From Dehalococcoidia bacterium (GTDB lineage: Bacteria; Chloroflexota; Dehalococcoidia; Lucifugimonadales; UBA3495): a DNA stretch of 64,000 bases. Where the stretch lies: assembly GCA_034420695.1 (NCBI GenBank), contig DAOULB010000040.1, positions 80,162 to 144,161 of the forward strand, in the 5' to 3' direction. The notes beneath the pieces were generated by a model. The model was not told the origin of the DNA. It did not search any database and saw nothing but the letters and a program-made list of their open reading frames with translations. The position numbers were made by a program, and so were the translations under genes. Numbering within the stretch: the first letter of the stretch is position 1; each line of letters opens with the position of its first letter. Below are positions 47,506 through 57,728 of this stretch, piece after piece.

Positions 47506-47772
47506 ATGATCCGGGACATTTTCATCACCGTGTTCGCCGGGGTGGGCATTGTGCTCATGCTGGTGGCCGGTTTCCTGATGTTCCGGTTGTACCGCACGGT
47601 TAAACGGACCGCCCAAAAGGTGGAAACGGTTTCCGCCGCTGTGCTGGAGACCATTCTCAGTCCGCTGAGCTATCTGACCAGTTTGGTTGAGGCCGGCAGG
47701 AAAGTGGTGGAAATGGTGCAGGACTTCCGAGGCAGGGGCAGAAAGGAGCAGGAGGAAGGGGAACCGGCTTAA
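47506..47772 (+). CDS. Small membrane-anchored hypothetical protein
   Basis: N-terminal TM helix followed by an amphipathic/coiled segment; TTGACA-containing AT-rich region upstream. Confidence 0.55.
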   Translation: MIRDIFITVFAGVGIVLMLVAGFLMFRLYRTVKRTAQKVETVSAAVLETILSPLSYLTSLVEAGRKVVEMVQDFRGRGRKEQEEGEPA

Positions 47773-47962
47773 AGAAGGTTAAACGGCAATAATGTATCTA
47801 CGCCTGCTGGCCTTTTCGGCGGCGGACGGTGTGACAAGAGAGTTGGGATGAGGTTGTGTGATGGTGCTCTTGGCAACGTCCGCCCCGGAAGGGCCAGCGT
47901 TTTTTGTTCCCTTTGACCCCCAGTTCCCGCGTCAGAAGATTCCTGCGTCAAAGACTTCCGCG

Positions 47963-48808
47963 TTAGGGGTTCCAGCAGGGGTAGGAACCGAACACCCGCA
48001 GCAGCCGGGAGATGCTTCCCAGGGAATCCAGGGCCTCCTTGACCACTGGGTCTTCCCGGTGTCCGGAGCAATCAATCAGGAATATATACTCGCCCAGCGA
48101 CTGCTTGTTGGGGCGGGACTCGATCTTCATCAGGTTGACACCCCGTTCTGCAAACACACCCAGCGCGTTGTACAACAGTCCCGAGGTGTCCCTTTCCTGG
48201 AAGGAAAAGCAGATGGACGTCTTATCGTTACCGGTGGGGGGATGGTCTTCCATCGCCAGCACCACGAACCGTGTGACGTTATTGCGGTTGTCCTGGATGT
48301 CCCGGCCGATTATCTCCACGTCCGGGTTGAGCTCCGCAGCCCGCCGGGGGGAGATGGCGGCGCCCGGCGCGTCTGAACCCTTCATGTCGTGCACCGCCGC
48401 CACGGTGCTCAGAGACGCCATCTGCTGGGCGTTGGGAAAACATCTTTCCAGGAACGCCTTGCACTGGGCCAGCGCCTGGGGGTGAGAGTAGATAACCTCT
48501 ATGTCGGAGAGCGCCGTGCCCGGCTTCGCCATCAGGTAATGCTCGATGGGGACTACCACTTCCTGCTGGACCGATAGCTCAGGTTGCCCGATGAGAAGGT
48601 CCAAGGTGAAGTTGACCGAACCCTCAAGACTGTTCTCAATAGGGACAACGCCTTTCGACGCGATGCCGGAAATAACCGCCGAACCCACTGCCTGGATGGA
48701 CGGAAAGGGCTGAAGGTCGAAGTCTCTGTCTCCTGTATACAGAAGGGCGGCTTCCTCGGTATAGGTGCCCACCGGGCCCAGGAATCCCAGTCTGTCGGCC
48801 ATAATCAA
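47963..48808 (-). CDS. pheA: Prephenate dehydratase (monofunctional, with ACT domain)
   Basis: FLGPVGTYTE, PIENSLEGSV, SHPQALAQC, N.TRFVVL, NLMKIESRP, GSYP. Confidence 0.95.
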   Translation of the reverse strand: MIMADRLGFLGPVGTYTEEAALLYTGDRDFDLQPFPSIQAVGSAVISGIASKGVVPIENSLEGSVNFTLDLLIGQPELSVQQEVVVPIEHYLMAKPGTALSDIEVIYSHPQALAQCKAFLERCFPNAQQMASLSTVAAVHDMKGSDAPGAAISPRRAAELNPDVEIIGRDIQDNRNNVTRFVVLAMEDHPPTGNDKTSICFSFQERDTSGLLYNALGVFAERGVNLMKIESRPNKQSLGEYIFLIDCSGHREDPVVKEALDSLGSISRLLRVFGSYPCWNP

Positions 48809-49464
48809 ATCCCGGTCAGAAGGTCGTATAGGGTCTGTTCGAAATTCCGGTCCATCACTACCAGTAGTTCGTCCTCCGATTCCAGGAACAGGTCCGGAAG
48901 AGGACGCAATACCTGGGTCCTCCGCACCACTGCGGAGATAAAGCAGCTCTGGGGCATGTCCACTTGACCCAGTTGTTGACCCACCACTGCTGCGTCGTCG
49001 GGCACCGTAATGCTGACCAACTCCATTGCCGGGTTTCCCAAGCTCATGAGATGCAGCAGGCTGTGCTCCGGAATCCGCTCCTCCAATCGTTCCAAGGCCA
49101 AGTGAGTGGAATTTATCACTTCATCCACTCCCAGTACTTGAAAGACCGGCTCGTTTCGCGGGTCCCTCACCAAAGCCATTGTCTTGGGCGTCTGGAATAC
49201 GTGCTTTGCTACTTGGCACGCCACCAAGTTGACCTCGTCCCTCTTGGTAGCCGCAACCACAACGTTGGCCCTGGCCGCTCCTGCTCTCTTCAGAGTATTG
49301 TCGTCGGTACCGTCGCCGTGAATGGCTACGCTCCCCAGTTCCGAAGCCAGGAAGTTGAACCTGTTCCGGTCTTTCTCCAGGAGCACGACCTCGTGGCTGG
49401 AAGCCAGAAGAGACTTGGTCAACTGGTAGCCAACTTCACTGCATCCAATTACCAGAACGTACAT
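48805..49464 (-). CDS. TrkA-family RCK protein (N and C domains)
   Basis: MYVLVIGCSEVG, HGDGTD..LKRAG, D..NLVACQ, C-terminal TrkA_C. Confidence 0.85.
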   Translation of the reverse strand: MYVLVIGCSEVGYQLTKSLLASSHEVVLLEKDRNRFNFLASELGSVAIHGDGTDDNTLKRAGAARANVVVAATKRDEVNLVACQVAKHVFQTPKTMALVRDPRNEPVFQVLGVDEVINSTHLALERLEERIPEHSLLHLMSLGNPAMELVSITVPDDAAVVGQQLGQVDMPQSCFISAVVRRTQVLRPLPDLFLESEDELLVVMDRNFEQTLYDLLTGI

Positions 49465-49481
49465 AGAAGGGGGTTCCGGCC

Positions 49482-49877
49482 CTAGAGGTCCTGGTCCAAG
49501 TCGTGGAGCAAGTCCAGGGTTGGGCTGATTACCTCCATGCCCAGGCTGGCGTATAACTGCTGCAACGGGGGGGCGTCCACCCGGCACACCACCCGGCCAA
49601 CGTTGAATATACTCTTGGCCGTTTGAGCGGCCAGCAGGTTCTGGTGGTCGTCTTCGGTGAGTGCGAGGAACATTTCAGCGTGGTCGATGTTCCCCAGATG
49701 CAGCCAGTCCTGCATCTGGGGGTCGGTAATGCCGATGACGGCGACTTGGTGCCCGTCAGCCGCTTCGTCCAAGTAGTCCAAATCGCTGCCGATTAGTGTG
49801 ACGTCATGCCCGTTCAACCTCTGGGAAGACAACAGGGCCGTGGTCAGGGAACCGCAGCCAAAAATAACGATCCGCAC
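49482..49877 (-). CDS. Stand-alone TrkA_N (RCK) domain protein
   Basis: VRIVIFGCGSL, ALTEDDHQNLLAAQTAK, VVCRVD. Confidence 0.75.
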   Translation of the reverse strand: MRIVIFGCGSLTTALLSSQRLNGHDVTLIGSDLDYLDEAADGHQVAVIGITDPQMQDWLHLGNIDHAEMFLALTEDDHQNLLAAQTAKSIFNVGRVVCRVDAPPLQQLYASLGMEVISPTLDLLHDLDQDL

Positions 49878-49878
49878 T

Positions 49879-50337
49879 TTACAGGTCTTGCTCCAGGAAG
49901 GGAGCAACGGCTTGCTCCCTGAGGAAAATTACCCTGCAGGATGAGTTGTTGAAAATATAAGTAGACGTAGCGCCCAAGTGGCAGTTGCCGAACCGCCTGC
50001 GGTATGGAACCCCAAGGATGACCAAGTCCATGTGCCGGTCTTCGGCTTCCTGCACTAATGCGGGACCCGCTTGCCTGGCCTGCAGCAGCTTGGCCTGAAC
50101 TGCCTTGAACTTCTCCGTTGCCCCTATGTCCTCGATGCGCTCCAGTATCCGCTCTCCCTCGGCCATGGCGGTTCCCAAGTCGGTGCCCAAAGGCAGGTCA
50201 CGGGATACTTCGATGACGTAAACGGCGTGGAGTTCGGCCTTGTGCTGCTTGGCGTAGCGGCAGGCCCAGCGGAACGTTCTCTCCGCCGCCGGAAGGCCGT
50301 TTACCGGGACCAGAATTCGGGCGGCTTCCTGTTCCAT
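49879..50337 (-). CDS. Universal stress protein (USP)
   Basis: ILVPVNG, AVYVIEV, DLVILG, LGATSTYIFNNSSCRV. Confidence 0.88.
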   Translation of the reverse strand: MEQEAARILVPVNGLPAAERTFRWACRYAKQHKAELHAVYVIEVSRDLPLGTDLGTAMAEGERILERIEDIGATEKFKAVQAKLLQARQAGPALVQEAEDRHMDLVILGVPYRRRFGNCHLGATSTYIFNNSSCRVIFLREQAVAPFLEQDL

Positions 50338-50422
50338 TCCTCACCCTGTTCTACCGCTTAGCCCTGCCACACTAAGCTAGGGCCCGCCGCCGGTTAGTTC
50401 TGCCAAGGTTTAGCTGGTGGAC

Positions 50423-50455
50423 TAGACCCCTCGTCAAGCCTTGGTGAGGGGTCTA
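50423..50455. terminator. 10-bp perfect inverted repeat between the ktrA-like and usp genes (terminator-like, no U-tract)
   Basis: TAGACCCCTC-N13-GAGGGGTCTA. Confidence 0.35.
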
Positions 50456-50481
50456 ATACGGGGGAGCCTGGTGCTCCAGCG

Positions 50482-51183
50482 TCAGGATGTGGCGGTTCCC
50501 ACCAACGGCGGCAGTTCTTTGGAGCTGGAATACAGCTTCCCCAACTGCTCGGTCGTTCCGGCCACCACCAGCAGGTCCCCGGGCTTTATCTCTTCGTCCC
50601 GGGCCGGGTGGAGGATGTAGTTCCTAGCCCGTCGTATCGCCAGGACGGACACCCCGTGGTTGCCGCTGGTGGACGTCAGCCCCGCCTGCTCCAGTGTGCG
50701 GTGCAACATCTGCTCCGGCGGGTACACCTTGCTGATGCCAAAGTTGGGGGCAATCGACATGTAGTCGATGATGCCAAGGTCGAATCCCACGTGAGCGGTG
50801 CGGCGGGCGGACTCCATTTCCGGGTACACCACCTTGTTCACGCCGATTCTCTCCAGGGTCTCCCCATGCAGTTCGTTGATCGCCCTGGTTATCACGTAGG
50901 GGATCCCCATGTCCTTGAGCATAACGGTGATCAGGATGCTGGCCTGCACGTTTTCGCTGCCCAAGGCCACCACGGCCACGTCGAAGTCCTGCACGTCCAG
51001 TTCCCTGAGCGCCGACTCGTTGGAGGCGTCGGCCCGGACCGCGTAAGTGACTTGGCCCAGCATGTCCTGGATCTTCGACTCGTCCAAGTCAATCACCAGG
51101 ACGTCATGACCCGACTGGAAAAGTTCCGCTGCCATTGTTGCGCCAAAGGTACTGAGACCGATGATGCAGACCTGCTTCTTCAA
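50482..51183 (-). CDS. trkA: KtrA/TrkA potassium uptake regulatory subunit
   Basis: VCIIGLSTFG, ADASNE..LREL, VAVVALG, PEMESARR. Confidence 0.88.
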   Translation of the reverse strand: MKKQVCIIGLSTFGATMAAELFQSGHDVLVIDLDESKIQDMLGQVTYAVRADASNESALRELDVQDFDVAVVALGSENVQASILITVMLKDMGIPYVITRAINELHGETLERIGVNKVVYPEMESARRTAHVGFDLGIIDYMSIAPNFGISKVYPPEQMLHRTLEQAGLTSTSGNHGVSVLAIRRARNYILHPARDEEIKPGDLLVVAGTTEQLGKLYSSSKELPPLVGTATS

Positions 51184-51195
51184 CTCACCCCTCCG

Positions 51196-52728
51196 CTAGC
51201 CTATTTTAACCCTTTCCCTGGCAAAACGGTATACCGAAGCGTCCTCACCGGGGGTCAGGGCCAAGGCTAACGCAATAGGTCCCAGCCTTCCCACAAACAT
51301 GGCTGCCATGAACAAGCACTTGCCGGCCAAGCTCAAATCCGGAACGATTCCGGTGGAGGCTCCGGTGGTCCCCAGCGCGGATACAACGTCGAACACCAAG
51401 TGGAGAAAGGGAATCTCCGGATCGGTGATGGTCAGGATGGCCGTGGCTACCGCCAGGAAGGCCATTCCCAGGACAACCACGGTCAGGGCGCGGTTGACCT
51501 GGGGCTGGGGTATTTCCCGCCCGAAGGCTTCGGCCCTGGCCCTCTGTCTTAGCGAAGACACCACCGCCGCCACTATCACGGCGAAAGTCACCACTTTAAT
51601 GCCGCCGGCCACCGACCCGGAAGCTCCCCCGATGAACATCAGCGTCAGGAAAGCGGTCTTGGTCACGTCCTGCACTTGACCGAAGTCCATAATGGCAAAA
51701 CCGGCCGTCCTGCCGCTGACCGACTGAAACACGGCGCCAACGCCCTTGTCGGCCCACCCCATTCCACCCATGGTGTCGGAATTGGTGGACTCGGCCGCCA
51801 CCAGCACCAAGGCGCCCAGTACCCAGAGGGAGAGGCTGGTCGTGACCACCAGCTTGGTGTCCAGGCTGAACCTGCGGAAACGGCGGTTCCGGTATACGTC
51901 CACAATCACCGTCCAGCCCAGTCCCCCCACGGCCATCAGTGCTGCGGTGACTATGAGCAGCGACGGGTTGGAGGCGAACCGGGTAAGGCTGGAGCCAACG
52001 GGCAGCTCGGGAAGAATGTTAAGCCCGGCGTTGTTGAAGGAAGAGACCGACAGGAAGACCGAGTACCAGATGGAACGGCCAAGTTCAGCCCCGTCCAGAC
52101 CCCGAATGTGGAACAGTATTATCAGCGCGCCCAAGAGGTACAGGCCGAATACCATGAGCACCACCCGGCGGCCGATTCCCCTCAGCCCCTGCAGGTGTGC
52201 CACTCCCACCGTGTCCTGCATCAGGCCGCTGCTGACCATCCGTTCGGGCAGGGTTGACCTCTGTCCCATGAGCAGCAGGAGGAAAGTGCTTAGCACCATG
52301 AACCCAAGGCCGCCGACCAGCATCAGGACGAATATGACCGCCTGCCCGAAGATGCTCCAATAGGTGCTTGTGGGAACCGCCGTGTGGCCGGTGACGGTTG
52401 TGGCCGAGACCGCGGTGAAGAAGGAAATATCCAGGGAGGTGAATTCCCCTGCATTGCTGGAGAACGGAAGCGCCAGCAGCAGCCCGCCGGCCAGGATCAG
52501 GGATGCAAAACCGAACACCAGGATGTAAGTGGCGTTGGAACGACGGCTGGGTTCCCGTACCGGCGGGGTGGTTTCAACGGTCGGAAGCAGTTCCCGGAGC
52601 CGCGGTTGGCGCAGGACAGGGTCCCGTCGCCTGTTGGGTAGGACTAGGGCCAAATTGAGGCTCCGTTCGAGGGGAAGTCGCGGGGGAGCATATTGGGGAA
52701 TCCGGCCGGCGGACGCCCCGGGTGCCAA
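51196..52728 (-). CDS. trkH: KtrB/TrkH potassium uptake membrane subunit (start uncertain)
   Basis: FTAVSATTVTG, GGLG, SSFNNAG, RTAGF, MFIGGASGS.AGGIK, SALGTTGAS, GRLGP. Confidence 0.92.
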   Translation of the reverse strand: MAPGASAGRIPQYAPPRLPLERSLNLALVLPNRRRDPVLRQPRLRELLPTVETTPPVREPSRRSNATYILVFGFASLILAGGLLLALPFSSNAGEFTSLDISFFTAVSATTVTGHTAVPTSTYWSIFGQAVIFVLMLVGGLGFMVLSTFLLLLMGQRSTLPERMVSSGLMQDTVGVAHLQGLRGIGRRVVLMVFGLYLLGALIILFHIRGLDGAELGRSIWYSVFLSVSSFNNAGLNILPELPVGSSLTRFASNPSLLIVTAALMAVGGLGWTVIVDVYRNRRFRRFSLDTKLVVTTSLSLWVLGALVLVAAESTNSDTMGGMGWADKGVGAVFQSVSGRTAGFAIMDFGQVQDVTKTAFLTLMFIGGASGSVAGGIKVVTFAVIVAAVVSSLRQRARAEAFGREIPQPQVNRALTVVVLGMAFLAVATAILTITDPEIPFLHLVFDVVSALGTTGASTGIVPDLSLAGKCLFMAAMFVGRLGPIALALALTPGEDASVYRFARERVKIG

Positions 52729-52771
52729 GGCCGGGAATCGGCCGCAGGAGCATAATCAGGGAAGCAGACGG

Positions 52772-52800
52772 ATTGTATTGAGCCGCCGCGGGAGTGTCAA
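52772..52800 (-). promoter_or_regulatory. Sigma70-type promoter of the trkH-trkA unit
   Basis: TTGACA-N17-TACAAT on the minus strand. Confidence 0.72.
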
Positions 52801-52921
52801 CTGAACTGCCCGTGCACGACGCTGAGACTTGGCCTTTCCCGAAGCAGGGACTGTACGCCCGGTATGCTAATATGGACTCCAGTTTCAATGACCGGCCCAA
52901 GCCGGATGTGGGAGACTCGAA

Positions 52922-55399
52922 ATGACCAGCAGCCCCCGACAGGTGGAACTCCGCTATGACCCTGCAGCCATCGACAGGAAGTGGCAGGAGCGGTGGGAAA
53001 GGGACGGCATCTACAGCGTGGATGACGACGACCCCCGTCCCAAGTGGTATGAAATGACCATGTACCCCTATCCCTCCGGGGACCTGCACATCGGCCACTG
53101 GTATGCCATGGCTCCCTCGGACTGCCACGCCCGGTTCCGGCGGATGCAAGGCTACAACGTGCTGCACCCCATCGGTTTCGACGCCTTTGGCCTCCCGGCG
53201 GAAAATGCCGCCATCAGCCGGGGAATTCACCCTTACAACTGGACCATGGACAACATCGAAAACATGCGCCGCCAGTTGCGCTCCATCGGCGCCGTGTACG
53301 ACTGGGACCGGGAAATCGTCTGCTGCCTGCCCGAATATTATCGCTGGAACCAGTGGCTGTTCCTCAAGTTCTATCGCGAGGGGCTGGCCTACCGGGGCAA
53401 GGCCCCCGTGGTATGGTGCCCCTCCTGCCAGACCGTGCTCGCCCACGAGCAGGTGGTGAATGGCGGCTGCGAAAGGTGCGGCGCGCTCATCACCCGCCGG
53501 GACTTGGAGCAGTGGTTCTTCCGCACCACCAGCTACGCCGACCGCTTGTTGGATTTCTCCGGCCTGGAGGACTGGCCCGAAAAAATACTGACCATGCAGA
53601 CCAACTGGATCGGGCGCAGCGAAGGTGTGGAAATAGGGTTCGATATCAGCCACTGTGGCCTTGAAGAAAAGGAGATCCGCACTTTCACCACCAGGATAGA
53701 CACCATCTTCGGCGTGACCTTTATCGTCCTGGCCCCGGAGCACCCACTGGTCGAGCAATTGACTTCCGGCGAACAGCGCCAGGCCGTCGAAGAGTACATC
53801 GAAAAGGCCCGCCGGACCTCCGAGATTGAGCGTCTCTCTACCGAAACTGAGAAGACCGGCGTTTTCCTGGGCAACTATGCCGTCAACCGGCTCAACGGGG
53901 AGCAGGTCCCCATATACATCGGCGACTACGTGCTGACCAGCTACGGTACCGGCGCGGTCATGGGCGTACCGGCCCACGACTCCCGGGACTTCGTCTTCGC
54001 CAAGAAATACGGCCTCCCGGTGCGAATCGTCATTGCCCCGATAACCTGGGACGGCAGCGACCTGGCCGAAGCCTACGTGGAAGACGGCTTCATGACCAAC
54101 TCAGGCAAGTACGAAGGAATGACCGACGAAGAAGGCAAAGAGGCCATTGCCGACGATATCGAAAAGAACGGTTGGGGCAAGCGGGCCGTATCCTACCGGC
54201 TGCGCGACTGGATAATCTCCCGCCAGCGCTACTGGGGCACGCCCATCCCCTTCGTGTATTGCGACCAGTGCGGCGGAGTGCCCGTGCCGGAGGAAGACCT
54301 GCCCGTATTGCTGCCTTCCGACGCCGAGTTCAAACCCACCGGCGAGTCCCCCTTGGCGTCCAACCCCGGATTCGTCAACACGGAATGTCCCCAGTGCAAG
54401 GGCCCGGCCCGCCGCGAAACCGACACAATGGACACCTTCTTTGACTCTTCCTGGTATATGCTGCGCTACTTGGACCCAAACTATGAGGGTGGGCCCTTTG
54501 AGTCCGGCCAGACTAAGGCATGGATGCCCGTGGACCAATACACCGGCGGCGCAGAGCATGCCGTGATGCACCTGCTGTATTCCAGGTTCTTCATCAAGGC
54601 GTTGCACGACATGGGAATCCTCGATTTTGAGGAACCCTTCCTGCGGCTCTACAACCAGGGTGTCATCCTGGGCTCGGACCACGAAAAAATGAGCAAGAGC
54701 AGGGGCAACGTGGTCAATCCCGACGAAGTTGTGGGCCAGTTGGGCGCCGATGCCGTGCGGTGCTTCCTGATGTTCATTGGCCCTTGGGACCAAGGAGGGC
54801 CTTGGAGCGACGTAGGAATCAACGGCACTGCCCGCTGGCTCAACCGGGTGTGGGACATGGTGGAGCGGGACGCCGATAGCTTGGAGGGAGAGACCTTCGA
54901 CCCTGAGACGGAGCGCCAGAGCCAGCGGCTGCTTCACCAAACCATCCGAAAGTGTCACAACGACATGGACCAGTTCAAGTTCAACACCGCCATCGCATCG
55001 CTCATGGAGTTTTCCAATCACTTGAACCGGGTTTGGGCCGACGCCAGCGTGCATCCTTCCACTTGGCGGCAGTGTATCGAGACCTTCCTGCTGCTGTTGG
55101 CGCCTATGGCCCCCCACTTCACCGAAGAACTCTGGGAGCGAAAGGGCCTTCCCTACAGCATCCACCAGCAGAGCTTTCCAACTTGGGATGAAGGCCTTGC
55201 GGCCGAAGAGACCATCACGCTGGTTGTCCAGGTCAACGGTAAGGTGAGGGACCGCTTGGATGTCCCCGCGGACATAGACGAGGCCACCGCCCAGAGCCAA
55301 GCCTTGGCCAGTCCACGGGTGCAGGGTTACACCCAAGGAAAAGAGGTCCTCAAAACGGTTTACGTGCCCGGTCGGCTGGTGAACCTGGTAGTGCCCTGA
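52922..55399 (+). CDS. leuS: Leucine--tRNA ligase
   Basis: MYPYPSGDLHIGH (HIGH), GFDAFGLPAENAA, SRQRYWGTPIP, KMSKSRGN. Confidence 0.98.
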   Translation: MTSSPRQVELRYDPAAIDRKWQERWERDGIYSVDDDDPRPKWYEMTMYPYPSGDLHIGHWYAMAPSDCHARFRRMQGYNVLHPIGFDAFGLPAENAAISRGIHPYNWTMDNIENMRRQLRSIGAVYDWDREIVCCLPEYYRWNQWLFLKFYREGLAYRGKAPVVWCPSCQTVLAHEQVVNGGCERCGALITRRDLEQWFFRTTSYADRLLDFSGLEDWPEKILTMQTNWIGRSEGVEIGFDISHCGLEEKEIRTFTTRIDTIFGVTFIVLAPEHPLVEQLTSGEQRQAVEEYIEKARRTSEIERLSTETEKTGVFLGNYAVNRLNGEQVPIYIGDYVLTSYGTGAVMGVPAHDSRDFVFAKKYGLPVRIVIAPITWDGSDLAEAYVEDGFMTNSGKYEGMTDEEGKEAIADDIEKNGWGKRAVSYRLRDWIISRQRYWGTPIPFVYCDQCGGVPVPEEDLPVLLPSDAEFKPTGESPLASNPGFVNTECPQCKGPARRETDTMDTFFDSSWYMLRYLDPNYEGGPFESGQTKAWMPVDQYTGGAEHAVMHLLYSRFFIKALHDMGILDFEEPFLRLYNQGVILGSDHEKMSKSRGNVVNPDEVVGQLGADAVRCFLMFIGPWDQGGPWSDVGINGTARWLNRVWDMVERDADSLEGETFDPETERQSQRLLHQTIRKCHNDMDQFKFNTAIASLMEFSNHLNRVWADASVHPSTWRQCIETFLLLLAPMAPHFTEELWERKGLPYSIHQQSFPTWDEGLAAEETITLVVQVNGKVRDRLDVPADIDEATAQSQALASPRVQGYTQGKEVLKTVYVPGRLVNLVVP

Positions 55400-55486
55400 A
55401 CACGGCCATCTCCCTCTCCAGTGGAGGAAGCGGTTTGGGGTGTGATGAATTCCTTCCCAATCCTGAAATATGCCGGAGGAGTGTCA

Positions 55487-56326
55487 ATGACAACCGAAGT
55501 AAAACCCCAGGACAAGACCGTCAGCGCAAACGGGATAAAGATCAACTACCTCGACTGGGGCAACCCAACCGCAACGACCATGGTGCTGCTCCACGGCCTC
55601 CGGGGCCACCGCCACTCTTGGGACGACATCTCCGCAGCGTTCTGCCGGGACTACCACGTGCTGGCCCTCGACCAGCGGGGCCGCGGCGAGACCGATTCGG
55701 CTCCCGATGGCAACTACACCACCGAAGCCTTTGTTGCGGACTTGGAAGGCTTCTGCGACGCCTTGGGCTTGGACCGCTTCGTGCTGGTCGGCCACTCCAT
55801 GGGCGGTCGCAATAGCCTCGTGTACGCCAGCCGCCACGCCTCCAAGCTGGAAAAGCTGGTGGTCGTCGACGTAGGACCTGAAATGGACCCCCGGGGCAGC
55901 CAGCGCATCACCCGGGAACTGGTGGAGGCGCCTGACGAGTTCGACTCCTTTGAGTCCTTGTACGAATACATGAGCAAGCAGAACCGCTTCGCCAGTGAAC
56001 CCGTCCTCCGCCGGCGGCTGCAATACGCCACCCGGCTATTGCCCGGCGGGAAGATATGCTGGCAGTACGATCCCGAAATCAGGGAATCCAGGCGGCGGGG
56101 AGACACCGCCCCTCAGATGGACTTGTGGCCGGAGCTGCCCAAGATTTCCTGCCCCACTCTGGTTATCAGAGGGACTGAGACCGACGTCCTGGCCCCTCAG
56201 ACTGCCTCCCGCATGATAGACGAACTGCCGCAAGGGCGCCTCGTCGAGGTCCCCAAGGCTGGCCACATGGTGTTCGAGGACAACCCGCAAGACACCGTCG
56301 CCGCCATGCAGGCTTTCCTGGGCTAG
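55487..56326 (+). CDS. Alpha/beta hydrolase
   Basis: LLHGL, DQRGRG, GHSMGG nucleophile elbow, AGHMV; ATG 55487 follows GGAGGAG. Confidence 0.9.
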   Translation: MTTEVKPQDKTVSANGIKINYLDWGNPTATTMVLLHGLRGHRHSWDDISAAFCRDYHVLALDQRGRGETDSAPDGNYTTEAFVADLEGFCDALGLDRFVLVGHSMGGRNSLVYASRHASKLEKLVVVDVGPEMDPRGSQRITRELVEAPDEFDSFESLYEYMSKQNRFASEPVLRRRLQYATRLLPGGKICWQYDPEIRESRRRGDTAPQMDLWPELPKISCPTLVIRGTETDVLAPQTASRMIDELPQGRLVEVPKAGHMVFEDNPQDTVAAMQAFLG

Positions 56327-56343
56327 GCCGGGGGAAGCAAGCC

Positions 56344-56928
56344 ATGACTTTGGAACTGCCGGACGCCGGATACCAGACCCCCCACGACCACATGGCCATA
56401 AGCCGCAGGTTCATTGCCCAAGCCAGGAAAGAACTGGAAGACGATGACCGCCTTCAAGCGTCCGAAAAGCTCTGGGGGGCAACCGCCCACGCCCTCAAAT
56501 CGATAGCCGCGCAGCGTGGATGGCATCACGACGACCACCTGCTGATCAAGCAAATCGCCACCCAGCTAAGTGACGAATTTGAACGCCCGCATTTCGACGC
56601 CAATGTCCGTTTTGCGGAATCCTTTCATGTGAATTTTTACTCCAACATGGAACAAGCGGATAATATCGAAAGAGCTATTAACCTCGTCGAACAGTTGATT
56701 GCTGACTTGGACCTAGTACGCTCCGCATCGCCGCGTCCCTTCCAAGTCAAGAACAACTCTCAAAGAAACCGCCTGCAGTTCCTGTTAGGCAGGCAGGTCG
56801 GCGCCGATGAATCGTCCGAAGATGGTTTTGTGAACCACGAACGATTGGAACGGCTCAGGCAGCGCCGTGAGCGCCAGAACCTTGCGCCCAGCCAGGGTGA
56901 AGAGGCGGATGGCGCGTCCGCCGAGTAA
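56344..56928 (+). CDS. PaREP1/HEPN-like protein, copy 3, with C-terminal extension
   Basis: DDRLQASEKLWGATAHALKSIAAQRGW, FHVNFY. Confidence 0.75.
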   Translation: MTLELPDAGYQTPHDHMAISRRFIAQARKELEDDDRLQASEKLWGATAHALKSIAAQRGWHHDDHLLIKQIATQLSDEFERPHFDANVRFAESFHVNFYSNMEQADNIERAINLVEQLIADLDLVRSASPRPFQVKNNSQRNRLQFLLGRQVGADESSEDGFVNHERLERLRQRRERQNLAPSQGEEADGASAE

Positions 56929-56985
56929 CAAACCTGGCAAGCGCCGGATACTAAACCCAGCCACGGACGAAGACAGGAGAAACCG

Positions 56986-57708
56986 TTGACCTCCAGCCCA
57001 TCACCCAGTAAGGACCAGCCCCCCGCCCCTATGAACATGGCGGTGAAGGAAATATTGTCCGGGCCCCCGGCCGACGGAGGTCCTGGTGAAGGCATCCTCT
57101 TTCGCACCAGCCGCGGCGACATCCAAGGCATCCTGCACCGGGCTCCTGACGCTGACAAGGGCATGGTCTGGGTCTGCGGGGCCAGGGGAGGTTTCGGCGG
57201 GCCGGGCCCAGGCACCTACCAGCGGCTGGCTGAAGAATTTACGGGCCGGGAAATCACCTCTCTCCGGCTGGACTACCGGCTGCCGAACTTCTTGGATGAG
57301 TGCGCGTTGGACCTGATGGTCGGCGTTGCTGGGCTCAAGGGTCTCGGCTGCGGCTCGGTGGTGGTTGTCGGTCACTCCTTCGGCGGGGCGGTGGTGATTG
57401 CCGCGGCTGCTGCCTATCCCCGCATTTCCGGGGTGGTGTCCCTTTCACCCCAGACCTACGGCGCAAGCGGGGCGGGGCGGATAGCGCCCCGGCCCATATT
57501 GCTGGTCCACGGCAAAGCCGATACCCGGTTGCCCTACTCCTGCGCCATGCAAATCCACCAGATGGCCGGCGAGCCCAAGACCCTGGTGCTCTACGACGGA
57601 GCGGAACACCGGCTGGAAGAGTGCCGCGACCAATTGGAAGACCTGCTCCGGGACTGGATTCCGGAAACCCTGGCCGCAGCCGCACCGCAAACGGGAACTG
57701 GCACGTAG
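56986..57708 (+). CDS. Small alpha/beta hydrolase (dienelactone-hydrolase-like)
   Basis: GHSFGG, LLVHGKAD, YDGAEH triad pattern. Confidence 0.82.
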   Translation: MTSSPSPSKDQPPAPMNMAVKEILSGPPADGGPGEGILFRTSRGDIQGILHRAPDADKGMVWVCGARGGFGGPGPGTYQRLAEEFTGREITSLRLDYRLPNFLDECALDLMVGVAGLKGLGCGSVVVVGHSFGGAVVIAAAAAYPRISGVVSLSPQTYGASGAGRIAPRPILLVHGKADTRLPYSCAMQIHQMAGEPKTLVLYDGAEHRLEECRDQLEDLLRDWIPETLAAAAPQTGTGT

Positions 57709-57728
57709 CGTCCTGCACATCCCGGGCG

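Noticed and set aside
50338-50481. c-di-AMP (ydaO) riboswitch near the K+ uptake genes
   Set aside because: Only a loose CAGCUAAACC similarity; the 5' GCUGAAU/GGGGA elements are absent here and upstream of trkH
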